Notes under the pieces: model-generated
The model's database searches: none
What the model was told of the DNA's origin: nothing
What the model saw: only the letters and a program-made list of their open reading frames with translations
Origin: Phycisphaerae bacterium
Lineage (GTDB): Bacteria; Planctomycetota; Phycisphaerae; UBA1845; Fen-1342
Length of the DNA stretch: 64,000 bases
Direction: 5' to 3'
Assembly: GCA_050115495.1 (NCBI GenBank)
Contig: JASFQK010000030.1
Span: 1 to 64,000 of the forward strand
Shown: positions 40,267 to 49,609 of the stretch, in pieces
Numbering within the stretch: position 1 is the first letter of the stretch
How the letters are laid out: each line of letters starts with the position of its first letter
Translations under genes and position numbers: made by a program

Positions 40267-41067
40267 TGTTCTCTCCTCCTGCGCTTGTGACTTGCGTCTC
40301 CCGCCCACATCGAGCCACCACGCACGAACAGCGGCGCCGCCACCCACCCCAGCGAGCGAGTTGCGGGTGCCATCGTGACGTGAACTGGAGACGAACATCC
40401 CTGGTCATCCGCCGGCCGAGACCAGCAGACACACACGTCGCATACTGCAACTCAACCGTCATCATTATACCATAACAAGCCAGCCCAGCGAACAATCTTC
40501 TCGGACCTGCCGAGTTGTTGCTGTCTCGACGGTCCGCGCCGGCGAATCGGCCCACGTGCCGTGCGCGCCACCGTGGACGGAACCGCATCGCGCCCGTACG
40601 CTGGGCACCGTGAAGCGCGTCGCCGCCTTCGTTCCGCCGCGAGGTCGCCGTGTGGTGGGACCAACTGGCTCTGCCGACCGCCTTCTCGGCGGAGACGACG
40701 CCCGCCGGTCTGCCCCGTCAGGCCATGCTGGGGCGCCTCCTGCGTGAGGGGCTCGACGACGCGAAGGCCGTTCTCGCCGGATGGACGCCGCGCCACGGCA
40801 CGAGAGTCCCTCGGCAGCACGGCGAACTGGACGAAGGCCGAATGGCTACCCGGCCGCGGCCCGAGCCGCCAGCTCATCCGGGTCACGTTCCAGCCGCCGA
40901 ACGAGCGGGCTCCATCGGCGACCCTGGCCCGGTCGCACAAGACGTTTACGCTGCTCAGCCCACGAAAGCTCGCGATAGACTTGTGCCACTGGCTGATGCC
41001 GAGGCTGTGACCTTAACACATTCGCGTTAAGACCGTCATTGCCCAGCAGGCAAACGGGAGAACCACG

Positions 41068-41568
41068 ATGTCATCCGCGGCCAACCACCCGCAACCAGCG
41101 AAACCAGAACTCGCCCTCTCCGACAAAGCCAGGAGTCATCCGGCGTGGCTGCGGCTGGAGGATCAATTCGGGTGGTACCACCGCAAGAGCATGCATTGCC
41201 AGAAGAGGTACAAATGGCTGAAGCTTGTGCAGATCGTCCTCGCGGTCGCCATACCGATTTTCAGCCACCTCCCGCTCGTCGCCGAGTGGCTCACGTCGGT
41301 GGCCGGGGCGCTGATCGCGATCCTGGAGGGCGTGCAGCACGTCTTTCAGTATTCCACGCTGTGGATGAGGTATCGCTCCACCGCTGAGCACCTGAAACAC
41401 GAGAAATTCCTGTGCCTTTCGGCGGCCGGACCCTACCGCGATCTGTCCGAGCAGGAGCGGTTGACATTGCTGGCGGAGCGTGTGGAGGAGCACGTGTCGA
41501 CCGAACATGCCGCCTGGCTCCGCGAGACGCGGCGCGTAACGACCGAACGGAAGCCCGAGACGAAGTGA
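41068..41568 (+). CDS. DUF4231/SLATT-like two-TM protein
   Basis: RLEDQFGWYHRKS...two TMs...WMRYRSTAEHLKHEKFL..AGPY. Confidence 0.85.
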   Translation: MSSAANHPQPAKPELALSDKARSHPAWLRLEDQFGWYHRKSMHCQKRYKWLKLVQIVLAVAIPIFSHLPLVAEWLTSVAGALIAILEGVQHVFQYSTLWMRYRSTAEHLKHEKFLCLSAAGPYRDLSEQERLTLLAERVEEHVSTEHAAWLRETRRVTTERKPETK

Positions 41569-41955
41569 CCGCCGTAGAGCCCGCACCGCGCGGCACCGGC
41601 CACAACGACCGAGAACTCGTGGAGACCAGTCCGGACCCGGCCTCTTCGTCACACGTTCCGGATTCACAGTCCACTCGGCGCCGGTCCCACGGCGCTCCGT
41701 GATTAAGATTCCGTTGGGGCGGCGGCAGTACGTGGCTATACTGCCGCCGACCCTGAGCGGAGATGTGGCCGGCCTGTGTCCCGGCCGGGCACAGGCAAAC
41801 CGTATCCCACCACCCCGAACCCCGGCGAGGAGGATCGTGCGGGGGCGCCGGCCAATCGCTCCGCCGAATACGTCGCGGCAAACCGTGTGTAAGACCGGAT
41901 CAGCCATAATCCTGCGGAATCTTCCCTGTGCCTCATTCAAGATAAGGAGACATAC

Positions 41956-43209
41956 GTGATGACCCTGGCGGAATTCGACACCGGCAGCACGGGCTTCATG
42001 CTCGTGGCGACCAGCCTGGTCATGCTGATGACCCCCGGGCTGGCCTTCTTCTACGGCGGCCTCGTCGGGCGTAAGCACACCCTGACGATCATGACGCAGA
42101 GCTTCGTCTCGCTGGGCTGGACCACCGTGCTGTGGTTCATCTGCGGCTACTCGCTCTGCTTCAGCGGCACGATGGCGGAGGGCACCGACTTCGCCGGCCT
42201 GATCGGCAACTTCAAGCTGGCCTTCCTGAACGGCGTCGACCTGAACACACCGTTCGCCGCCGGCCTCATCCCGCTCTTCGTGTTCGTGGCCTACCAGATG
42301 ATGTTCGCCATCATCACTCCCGCCCTGATCACGGGCGCCTTCGCCAACCGCGTCCGCTTCAGCGCCTACATGATCTTCCTTACGCTGTGGCTGTTCCTCG
42401 TCTACTTCCCACTCGTCCACATGGTCTGGGGCGGCGGCCTGCTGGCGGCCAAATACGGCGTGCTCGACTTCGCCGGCGGTATCGTGGTCCACGCCAGCGC
42501 GGGCATGGCGGCCCTGGCCTCGGTATTCTTCGTCGGCAAACGCGGCTCGGTCGACTCCGGCCCGCACAGCATCCCGCTGGTCGCTCTCGGCACCGGCCTG
42601 CTGTGGTTCGGCTGGTACGGCTTCAACGCCGGCAGCGAGCTCGCTGTCGACGCCATCACCGTCACGGCCTTCATCAACACCGACATCGCCGCCTCGTTCG
42701 CCGCGATCACCTGGCTGGCCATCGCCTGGGTCCTCGAGCGCAAGCCCAAGTTTGTCGGCCTGCTCACGGGCGCTGTGGCCGGCCTGGCCACCATCACGCC
42801 GGCAGCCGGCTTCGTCACGCCCATGAGTGCCATGATCATCGGTATCGTCGCCGGCGCCGTCTGCTACGGTGCCGTCGCCCTCAAGAACAAGCTCCACTGG
42901 GACGACGCCCTCGACGTCTGGGGCGTGCACGGCGTCGGCGGAACCATCGGCGTCGTCATGCTCGGCTTCTTCGCCTCCGAGACTGTGAACCCCATGGTCA
43001 CCAGCAGCCTGGAGACCGCCGGCGGCCGCGGCGGCTTCATCCTCACACAGATCATCGTCGTCGCGATCGTCGGCGTGTACTGCTTCCTGTTCTCCTGGGT
43101 CATGCTGGCCGCGATCAATGCCTTGGTCACCGTGCGCGTGACGAAGCAGGAAGAGGAGACCGGCCTCGACGCCAGCCTGCACGGTGAGATGGCCTACCTG
43201 GCCGACTAG
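41956..43209 (+). CDS. amtB: Ammonium transporter
   Basis: LMTPGLAFFYGGLV, YQMMFAIITPALITGA, DFAGGIVVH, LLWFGWYGFNAGS, DDALDVWGVHG. Confidence 0.97.
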   Translation: MMTLAEFDTGSTGFMLVATSLVMLMTPGLAFFYGGLVGRKHTLTIMTQSFVSLGWTTVLWFICGYSLCFSGTMAEGTDFAGLIGNFKLAFLNGVDLNTPFAAGLIPLFVFVAYQMMFAIITPALITGAFANRVRFSAYMIFLTLWLFLVYFPLVHMVWGGGLLAAKYGVLDFAGGIVVHASAGMAALASVFFVGKRGSVDSGPHSIPLVALGTGLLWFGWYGFNAGSELAVDAITVTAFINTDIAASFAAITWLAIAWVLERKPKFVGLLTGAVAGLATITPAAGFVTPMSAMIIGIVAGAVCYGAVALKNKLHWDDALDVWGVHGVGGTIGVVMLGFFASETVNPMVTSSLETAGGRGGFILTQIIVVAIVGVYCFLFSWVMLAAINALVTVRVTKQEEETGLDASLHGEMAYLAD

Positions 43210-43236
43210 CCGCTCGCAGAACGTCTCGATGACATC

Positions 43237-43281
43237 AACAAGCCGCAGGCGGCGCACTCAACGTGCCGCCTGCGGCTTGTT
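43237..43281. terminator. Long hairpin between convergent genes
   Basis: AACAAGCCGCAGGCGGCGC...GTGCCGCCTGCGGCTTGTT. Confidence 0.6.
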
Positions 43282-43365
43282 CACGCGCGGACCGCTCAGC
43301 CGCGGCACGCTTCAACGTGGTTCCGGCGGGACGATACCCCCGCACCACTCCCCCCATCGACCCGC

Positions 43366-44580
43366 CTACTCCTTCGGAATAGGCGCATATGTGCGGATAT
43401 CGACGACCGTATGCAGGATCGGATAGCTGGCCCGACACCGGAAGATATCAAACTCGGTCCGCTCCCAGCCAACCTCGCTCAGCACGTGCCGCACCATCTC
43501 CGGGCAACGCGGCACGACCGGATCATGCAGGGCATCCAGCGGCGTACCCAGATAGGTTACCGTCTCCTGGCTCGGCATCGCGTACGCGAGTTCACTCCGC
43601 ATGGCCCGATCCGGAAGCAGTGAGTAGCCATACGTGTGTGTCTTCACCAATGACGGGTCATATACGCCGTGCGGAACGAGCAGATCCATGACCAGCTCCT
43701 CGCACGGCATCGTGATGAACGTGCCACCGCCGGCGCTGAGCTGCTCGCGCCGGACGACCACGTTGTGCAGCGTCGTTGCCATGAAGAAGTCCACGCGAGC
43801 AGTCCGCCCCACGCCGAGCATGTGCAGCGCTTCCGTCAGATAGTCACCCTCCCGCTCGACGGACATACTGGGTGGCGGATCGCTGCAGAAATCCGTCAGC
43901 AGCCACGGGCTCCGATCAACCTCACCCACGCACATCGAGTGGCTGCGCTCGACCAGCGCGTGCCGGAAGGCCACCGGCAAGGACTGAATGCGGCGGTTGG
44001 CGCGCAGTCCCAGCACGCCACGCATCGCCATGCCATCGCTGGTCTTCGCCCCCGCGTCATGCTGGTAAATCGTGCAGCGGTACATGGTGGCCGCCTGGAA
44101 TCCCCACAAGCTCGCATTGGCGCGAAACGCCGCCCGCCGCTGCTTGAAACTGATCTGCTCACCCGCTTGGCCGCCGAGCGCGGCGATCATCGCATCGAAG
44201 GTGCCGCGGTCGCCGGCATGGTGCTGAACGAAGCGGTCGAATGCCTCGTACGTGTTCGCCGCCTCATCGATCACCTCGGCCCGGAATCCCTTTCGCCGCG
44301 CCGCCTCGAAGAGCTTGCCCATCGATTCCGCCTGCGGGATGTGCGGGACGGCATCGAACGGATCCTTGGCAGTGGCCAGCCGGAAGACCTGCCAGGCAAG
44401 GGACGTACGCACCTCAAGAACGCGCTGGAGATCGGTCGCCCGTTTGATGGCCGCCGGCGACGCGGACACAAGGCGACTGATGGCGGCTCGGAGACGCGTC
44501 AGCACCTCCTCCGCATCCCTTTCGAAGTGATACTCAGGTGGAGCGCCCGCGCGTGCATTCCGCGTGTTTAGACCCGTCAT
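43366..44580 (-). CDS. Uncharacterised ~404-aa protein, paralog of 27864-29105
   Basis: RATDLQRVLEVRTSLAWQV; QRRAAFRANASLWGFQA; GWERTEFDIFRCRASYP; TACAAT 6 nt before ATG 44580. Confidence 0.8.
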   Translation of the reverse strand: MTGLNTRNARAGAPPEYHFERDAEEVLTRLRAAISRLVSASPAAIKRATDLQRVLEVRTSLAWQVFRLATAKDPFDAVPHIPQAESMGKLFEAARRKGFRAEVIDEAANTYEAFDRFVQHHAGDRGTFDAMIAALGGQAGEQISFKQRRAAFRANASLWGFQAATMYRCTIYQHDAGAKTSDGMAMRGVLGLRANRRIQSLPVAFRHALVERSHSMCVGEVDRSPWLLTDFCSDPPPSMSVEREGDYLTEALHMLGVGRTARVDFFMATTLHNVVVRREQLSAGGGTFITMPCEELVMDLLVPHGVYDPSLVKTHTYGYSLLPDRAMRSELAYAMPSQETVTYLGTPLDALHDPVVPRCPEMVRHVLSEVGWERTEFDIFRCRASYPILHTVVDIRTYAPIPKE

Positions 44581-44801
44581 GCGGCGATTGTACACAAGGT
44601 CCAAAATCGGGCCAGACTCACTCATGCCTGCATTCTACCATGAAAACGAATATTCGTGCGAAAATTAGGTTGAAATTTCATGTGAATCCCGATACCGTGA
44701 AACTGCGGCGATCAGACGCTTGCGGTGCCGTCGTCAGTGTGGGCGACACGTCCGACCGCCGCCGACCCCGCGGCCACCGGCCGCCTCCGGAGGAGTGAGT
44801 C

Positions 44802-45500
44802 ATGACGCACAAGTTGATCCCCCTAGTCGCGGTAGTGTTCTGTGCCGGCACGGTCTTCGGTGACGTGCTGTGGGACCAGAGCGACCTCTACACCGACGCC
44901 TTCGCGGCGTATGAAGAGGAGAACGTCGGTAACGACGAGGAGTACTCCAGCTACGTCGTCGACGATGTCGAGGTCGGCGAAACCGGCTGGAACATCGAAA
45001 CCGTATCCACGTATATGACCAACTTCACCAGCGACTGGTCCGACATCAGTCAAGCTCGCCTGAACATCATCCCCAAAGACGGCCTCGTGCCGTCCAACAC
45101 GTTCGACCCGCGCGACGGCACGCTCGTCCCGGTCACGGCGACCGAAGTCAGCGGCTACTACTGCGTTCTCAAGATCACCGCGGATAGCCTGGACATCACG
45201 CTGACGCCGGGGCAGTACTGGATCGGCCTGACCCCCCTCGTCGACACCACCTACGGCCTGGAGGGGCACGTCGCCACCGAGACCAGATTGCTGGACGAGC
45301 CCGCCTGGCGGAATCCCGCCGGCGGCTGGGATGACTACATGAGCCTTGGCACCGACTGGATCCAGTGGGGTGACTACGACACCGAGTGGCGTGACTACTA
45401 CTACGACTCAGCGTTCATGGTCACTGGCACGCCGACGCCCGAGCCGGCCTCACTGGCCCTGATCGCGCTGGGCGCCCTCGCCCTGCGGCGGCGGAGCTAA
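44802..45500 (+). CDS. PEP-CTERM sorting domain protein
   Basis: Signal peptide, DVLWDQS, TPEPASLALIALGALALRRRS. Confidence 0.9.
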   Translation: MTHKLIPLVAVVFCAGTVFGDVLWDQSDLYTDAFAAYEEENVGNDEEYSSYVVDDVEVGETGWNIETVSTYMTNFTSDWSDISQARLNIIPKDGLVPSNTFDPRDGTLVPVTATEVSGYYCVLKITADSLDITLTPGQYWIGLTPLVDTTYGLEGHVATETRLLDEPAWRNPAGGWDDYMSLGTDWIQWGDYDTEWRDYYYDSAFMVTGTPTPEPASLALIALGALALRRRS

Positions 45501-45568
45501 CGTCGTTCGACCGCAACGGTACGGCCTCTCGCGCCGGCCAGCACAGACAACTGGCAAAGGACACTGAA

Positions 45569-46243
45569 ATGCCCCGCTTCGCTCTCATCCTCGGCCTGAC
45601 GCTGACCCTGGCGCTGGTGTCCGCCGCGCCGGCCGAGACGATCGTACGCACCGCGTACATGGACACCTACGTCGATAGCAGCCAGCCGGCCGAGAACTTC
45701 GGCCAGGACAACTGGCTCCACGTCGGCATGGCCGCCGCCGGCGGCAGCGGCACGATACGGGACCTGCTCTGTTTCGATTACGGTGACCTACCGACGAATC
45801 CCGGCATGATCGCCTCGGCCACGTTGCACGCCTGTCAATTCCAGGTTCAGGGCGGCAGCGCCGGCCGGACCGTCGGCGTATACCGCGTCACAAGCACGTG
45901 GGACGAGGCTTCCGTGACCTGGAACACGCAGCCCACAGTCGATGCTTCCACGGTCTGGGCGACGGAGGTCGTCGGCACGAACCAGGATGGTGGCTGGATC
46001 ACCTGGGACGTGACCGACCTCATCCGCGCCCAGGCCAGCGGCGCACTGCCGAACTGCGGCCTCGCGCTATGCGATCTCAGCGAAGGCCTCGGCACGCCGT
46101 CGCTCGGCACGGTCTGGAGCACCGAGTACATCTTCAACAACAACGAGAACTTCCAGTTGACGATCGAAACCGTGCCCGAGCCAGGCAGCCTTGCGGCACT
46201 CGCTCTGGCCTCATTCGCCGCCTTCGCCCGGCGGCGTTCGTAA
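45569..46243 (+). CDS. DNRLRE-like domain PEP-CTERM protein
   Basis: DTYVDSSQP..NFG, IASATL, WDEASVTWNTQP, WDVTDLIR; VPEP. Confidence 0.85.
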   Translation: MPRFALILGLTLTLALVSAAPAETIVRTAYMDTYVDSSQPAENFGQDNWLHVGMAAAGGSGTIRDLLCFDYGDLPTNPGMIASATLHACQFQVQGGSAGRTVGVYRVTSTWDEASVTWNTQPTVDASTVWATEVVGTNQDGGWITWDVTDLIRAQASGALPNCGLALCDLSEGLGTPSLGTVWSTEYIFNNNENFQLTIETVPEPGSLAALALASFAAFARRRS

Positions 46244-46302
46244 GGCGCGTGAGCAGAAGCGTAGTACGTCTCCGCGCCACGTATTTTCGAGGAGGAAGAA
46301 CC

Positions 46303-46995
46303 ATGAAACGCATCGCGACCCTCACCGCCCTGGCCCTGGCGGCAATGCTCTTCACCGCCAACGCTTTGGCGGACAGCATCGCGCTGAGCCCCACCAAGGA
46401 CACGTTCGTGTACAGCGCCACACCCACGACCAACTACGGCCAACTGGACAGCTTCCTGCTGGGCGAGGCAGCCCCCGCCGGCGCCGGGACCATCCGTGGC
46501 TACCTCCAGTTCGATCTAACCTCACTGCCCAGTAATCCGAGCCTGATTCAGTCCGCCGTCTTCCGCGCCTATCAGCACGCTCCGAACACGGGCGGTCCCA
46601 GAGACTGCTACATCTACGGCTGCACCAGTTCCTGGACCGAAACGGGCATTACCTGGAACACGCAGCCCTTGCACGACTACACAACGACATGGGCCGTCGC
46701 CGAAGTTGGTGACACCTGGCAATACCCTCAGGGGCTGGTCGACTGGGTCGAGTGGGACGTGACTGACCTCGTCCGGGCCCAGGCCAGCGGCGAGTACCCC
46801 AACTACGGCTGGTCGTTCCGCGTCAGCTTCGAAACATACGGCGCTCCCCGCGTTGGCTACTTCCACAGTAACGAGTACCTCGGCAACCCGGAACTCCGCC
46901 CCCAGCTCGTTGTCCAGTGCTCCACTGCCGTTCCCGAGCCGGCGGCAGTCTCTCTGCTGGCCGTGGGCGGGTTGTTGGCTCTCCGCCGGCGGTAG
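46303..46995 (+). CDS. DNRLRE-like domain PEP-CTERM protein
   Basis: DTFV..TNYG, YLQFDL, WTETGITWNTQP, WDVTDLVR, RPQLVV; VPEP. Confidence 0.9.
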   Translation: MKRIATLTALALAAMLFTANALADSIALSPTKDTFVYSATPTTNYGQLDSFLLGEAAPAGAGTIRGYLQFDLTSLPSNPSLIQSAVFRAYQHAPNTGGPRDCYIYGCTSSWTETGITWNTQPLHDYTTTWAVAEVGDTWQYPQGLVDWVEWDVTDLVRAQASGEYPNYGWSFRVSFETYGAPRVGYFHSNEYLGNPELRPQLVVQCSTAVPEPAAVSLLAVGGLLALRRR

Positions 46996-47083
46996 CGGTT
47001 GGTTGCGTGCGGCGGGCCGCCCGCTGCACGCCCACCGTGATGGATGAGTAATGATGTCTGGCTCTCACTCAAGGATAACCGTG

Positions 47084-47764
47084 ATGAAAACATACGCTCC
47101 CCTCCTGATCGTAGGTGTGCTACTGGCCGCGGCGAGCGCCGCCCTCGCCGACAATCCCCGGATCTACTACCCCTGGAACGACACGTACGTGGACAGCGCC
47201 CTTCCCGACGCCTGCTTCGCCACCTCGCACGAGCTGCGCATGGGCAGTGGCCCCGATCGCAACCGTGCCGTGCGGACCTACATCGGCTTCGTGATCCCGG
47301 ACGACGAGTTGCCTCAGGACACGCAGCTCATCGAGTCGGCCACGCTGCACATATACCAGTTCAACACGTCCGGCGACGCCGCCGGCCGTACCGTCGGCGT
47401 GCGTGGCTCCACATCCGACTGGTCCTGGCACGGCCCGACCTGGAACGACCAGCCCGAGCTGACGAGCACCGTGTACGCCAGGGCGACCGTCGGCAATCCG
47501 AACGATATCGGCTGGATCGAGTGGGACGTCACCGAACTCGTCCGCCGCTACGCCGATCCGGACTACGTGAACTGGGAGTTCTACGACTTCATTCTGTGCG
47601 ATGTGCATGAGGGTACCGGTGCCCCCAGCATAGGGTACTTCGAGAGTCACACCCACGGTGGTACGCCGGGGCTGGAGCCCTATCTGGAAGTAGTCGCGAC
47701 CCCCGAACCGACCTCCCTCCTCCTCCTTGGACTGTCAAGCCTCGCCATGCTGCGTCGCCGCTGA
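47084..47764 (+). CDS. DNRLRE-like domain PEP-CTERM protein
   Basis: DTYVDS, IESATL, TWNDQP, WDVTELVR; TPEP..RRR. Confidence 0.85.
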   Translation: MKTYAPLLIVGVLLAAASAALADNPRIYYPWNDTYVDSALPDACFATSHELRMGSGPDRNRAVRTYIGFVIPDDELPQDTQLIESATLHIYQFNTSGDAAGRTVGVRGSTSDWSWHGPTWNDQPELTSTVYARATVGNPNDIGWIEWDVTELVRRYADPDYVNWEFYDFILCDVHEGTGAPSIGYFESHTHGGTPGLEPYLEVVATPEPTSLLLLGLSSLAMLRRR

Positions 47765-47805
47765 TACCCACAGCCGCGTGCGCACAGGCGTGAGCAGTCC
47801 GCACT

Positions 47806-47852
47806 GAGTCTCCCGCGCCGTGGGGGCCTGGATCAGACGGCGCGGGAGACTC
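47806..47852. terminator. Hairpin between convergent genes
   Basis: GAGTCTCCCGCGCCGT...ACGGCGCGGGAGACTC. Confidence 0.55.
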
Positions 47853-47886
47853 CTCCTTCATATCCGGCTTGACGATCAGCAGGTCT

Positions 47887-48765
47887 TCACGGCGAGAAGA
47901 ACGTCTGCTGCACCAGCGTGACGTTCTCGGGCAGGCAAGCGTGCACCGCCGACGCGTACGCGGACATGTCCTCGTCCGTGCAGCCGGTCGTGGCCACGTC
48001 GTCCAGGCAAGCGAGCAGTTGCGCCGCCTCGTCGGGCGAGCCCGGCAGGTCCTCCGGGTCGCCCGATGAAGCCAGCACCAGGATCTGCCCCACCGGGGAG
48101 GCGTCGGCGAGGCTGAGCGCAATCTCTAGCGTTTGGTCCGGGCTGAGCGCCGCCATCGTGTGTCCGTGGGAATCCCACTCGAACAGCTCCCACCCCAGGC
48201 AGCGACAACCTTCGTCGCAAGCCCGAAACAGGGCCACGACGTAACACGTTTCCTCTGACACCGTCCGGAAGCGAGCCAGCCCCGTATCCTCGCCGTCCTC
48301 GGCCTCAGGATCGTGGCACAGCAGAATCGGCACGCACGCCGCCTGATCCAGGTTCAGCGGCGCCACACAGCGTTCACCGACCGGTCGCGGCTGCACGTCG
48401 GGCACGCTGTAGCGCAGTTGCAGGACGTACACGGCCGCCATCGCCGCCGCCGCCACCGCCGTCCCCATCACCCACCGCCCGCGCGTCAAACGCCACGCCG
48501 ACCGTGCCTGCGGCCGCGCGATGTTCTCGGCAATCTGGAAAGCCTCATACCGGGCGCGGCACAGTCGGCAGCGCGACAGATGGCGCCACTCCTCCCGCGT
48601 CGGCGTCAGACCCGCCCGCACCAAGCTGCCCAGCCGGCCCATCGTCAGGCAGGCCGGCGTGCGCGAACTGGCCGCGGCGAGGTCATCCGGACCGTCGCTT
48701 TCCACCGCCAGGCGGATCAGGTTTTCCAGCCCGCTGTCCTTCACGAACGGATACCTCCGGGCCAA
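47887..48765 (-). CDS. Putative membrane-anchored zinc anti-sigma factor
   Basis: HLSRCRLC (HxxxCxxC), one TM, Cys-rich C-terminal domain; follows an ECF sigma. Confidence 0.7.
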   Translation of the reverse strand: MARRYPFVKDSGLENLIRLAVESDGPDDLAAASSRTPACLTMGRLGSLVRAGLTPTREEWRHLSRCRLCRARYEAFQIAENIARPQARSAWRLTRGRWVMGTAVAAAAMAAVYVLQLRYSVPDVQPRPVGERCVAPLNLDQAACVPILLCHDPEAEDGEDTGLARFRTVSEETCYVVALFRACDEGCRCLGWELFEWDSHGHTMAALSPDQTLEIALSLADASPVGQILVLASSGDPEDLPGSPDEAAQLLACLDDVATTGCTDEDMSAYASAVHACLPENVTLVQQTFFSP

Positions 48766-48773
48766 TGCCCCGG

Positions 48774-49442
48774 CTACTCACCCCCTTGTTCACCCCAGGC
48801 GAGCCCGCGCTCGACCAACTCCTCCGTAAATCCTTTATCCGCCAAGCACTTACGCATTTTCTCCAGGGCTACTTTCTTCCGCACGTTGATGGTGCTCGCC
48901 GCCGCCCCCAGCCGCCGGCCCAGGGCCCGCTCCGATTCCCCCTCAGCCAGACCCGCCAGAACCGCCCGCTCCTCCGCCGTCAGACTATGGGACGTCCGCA
49001 TCCGATGGAGGCAGTCCTGGACGGCGTCCAGCAGCTCGCTGAAATGCAGGGCCTCCTCCGGCAGCCGCGACCCGTACAACGCGTCGGCGACGTCATCGAC
49101 GCTCAGCCGCGTCTCCGCCGGCCGACCCGCCGCCCGCAGGTGCCGCAGCACCATCTTGTAGCCGATGGCGTACACGAACGTCGTGATGCGGGCCCGCTCC
49201 GGGTCGTACCGCCCGCCGTGCAGCGCCCGCCAGACCTCGACCCACGTCATCTGGCTCAGCTCTTCGACGAGTTCCGCCCGGCCGCCCACGCGCCGCTGAA
49301 TGAACCGGCTCAACCCGCCGCCCAGCCGACGATGCAGTTCCTCGAACGCCTGCTCGTCCCCCTCCATAGCCCGCATAGCCAGCGTGTTCGCCGGCGGCGG
49401 CGATGACGGATCGGGTCGGGATGTGGCGGGCGGCTCGGACAT
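48774..49442 (-). CDS. ECF RNA polymerase sigma factor
   Basis: GDEQAFEELHRR, EELSQMTW, YDPERARITTFVYAI, region-4 HTH. Confidence 0.85.
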   Translation of the reverse strand: MSEPPATSRPDPSSPPPANTLAMRAMEGDEQAFEELHRRLGGGLSRFIQRRVGGRAELVEELSQMTWVEVWRALHGGRYDPERARITTFVYAIGYKMVLRHLRAAGRPAETRLSVDDVADALYGSRLPEEALHFSELLDAVQDCLHRMRTSHSLTAEERAVLAGLAEGESERALGRRLGAAASTINVRKKVALEKMRKCLADKGFTEELVERGLAWGEQGGE

Positions 49443-49508
49443 CGTGTGATCTTGGTGGCGAACTACAGCATGCGGCGGCCGGGAACGCAACCCGCATCCT
49501 CGGCTCCG

Positions 49509-49609
49509 ACAGCCCGTCGAAAAAGGGGACTAGCTCCGAGCCGGAAGACCCTGCCCGGCCTCGGAAACCGCGCGGAGCTCGGTGCCTGTCCCCTTTTTCG
49601 GCGGGCTGT
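49509..49609. mobile_element. MITE/REPIN-like palindromic element
   Basis: Inverted ends ACAGCCCGTCGAAAAAGGGGAC / GTCCCCTTTTTCGGCGGGCTGT; second copy at 50334-50419. Confidence 0.75.

Noticed and set aside
41794..41900. c-di-GMP-I riboswitch (GGCAAACC)
   Set aside because: The GNRA-capped stem and downstream GACGCAAAG-type motif are missing.
41071..43257. Long antisense ORFs (728 aa here; also 17838-19733, 54205-55851 and others)
   Set aside because: Shadow ORFs of high-GC genes recognised on the opposite strand.
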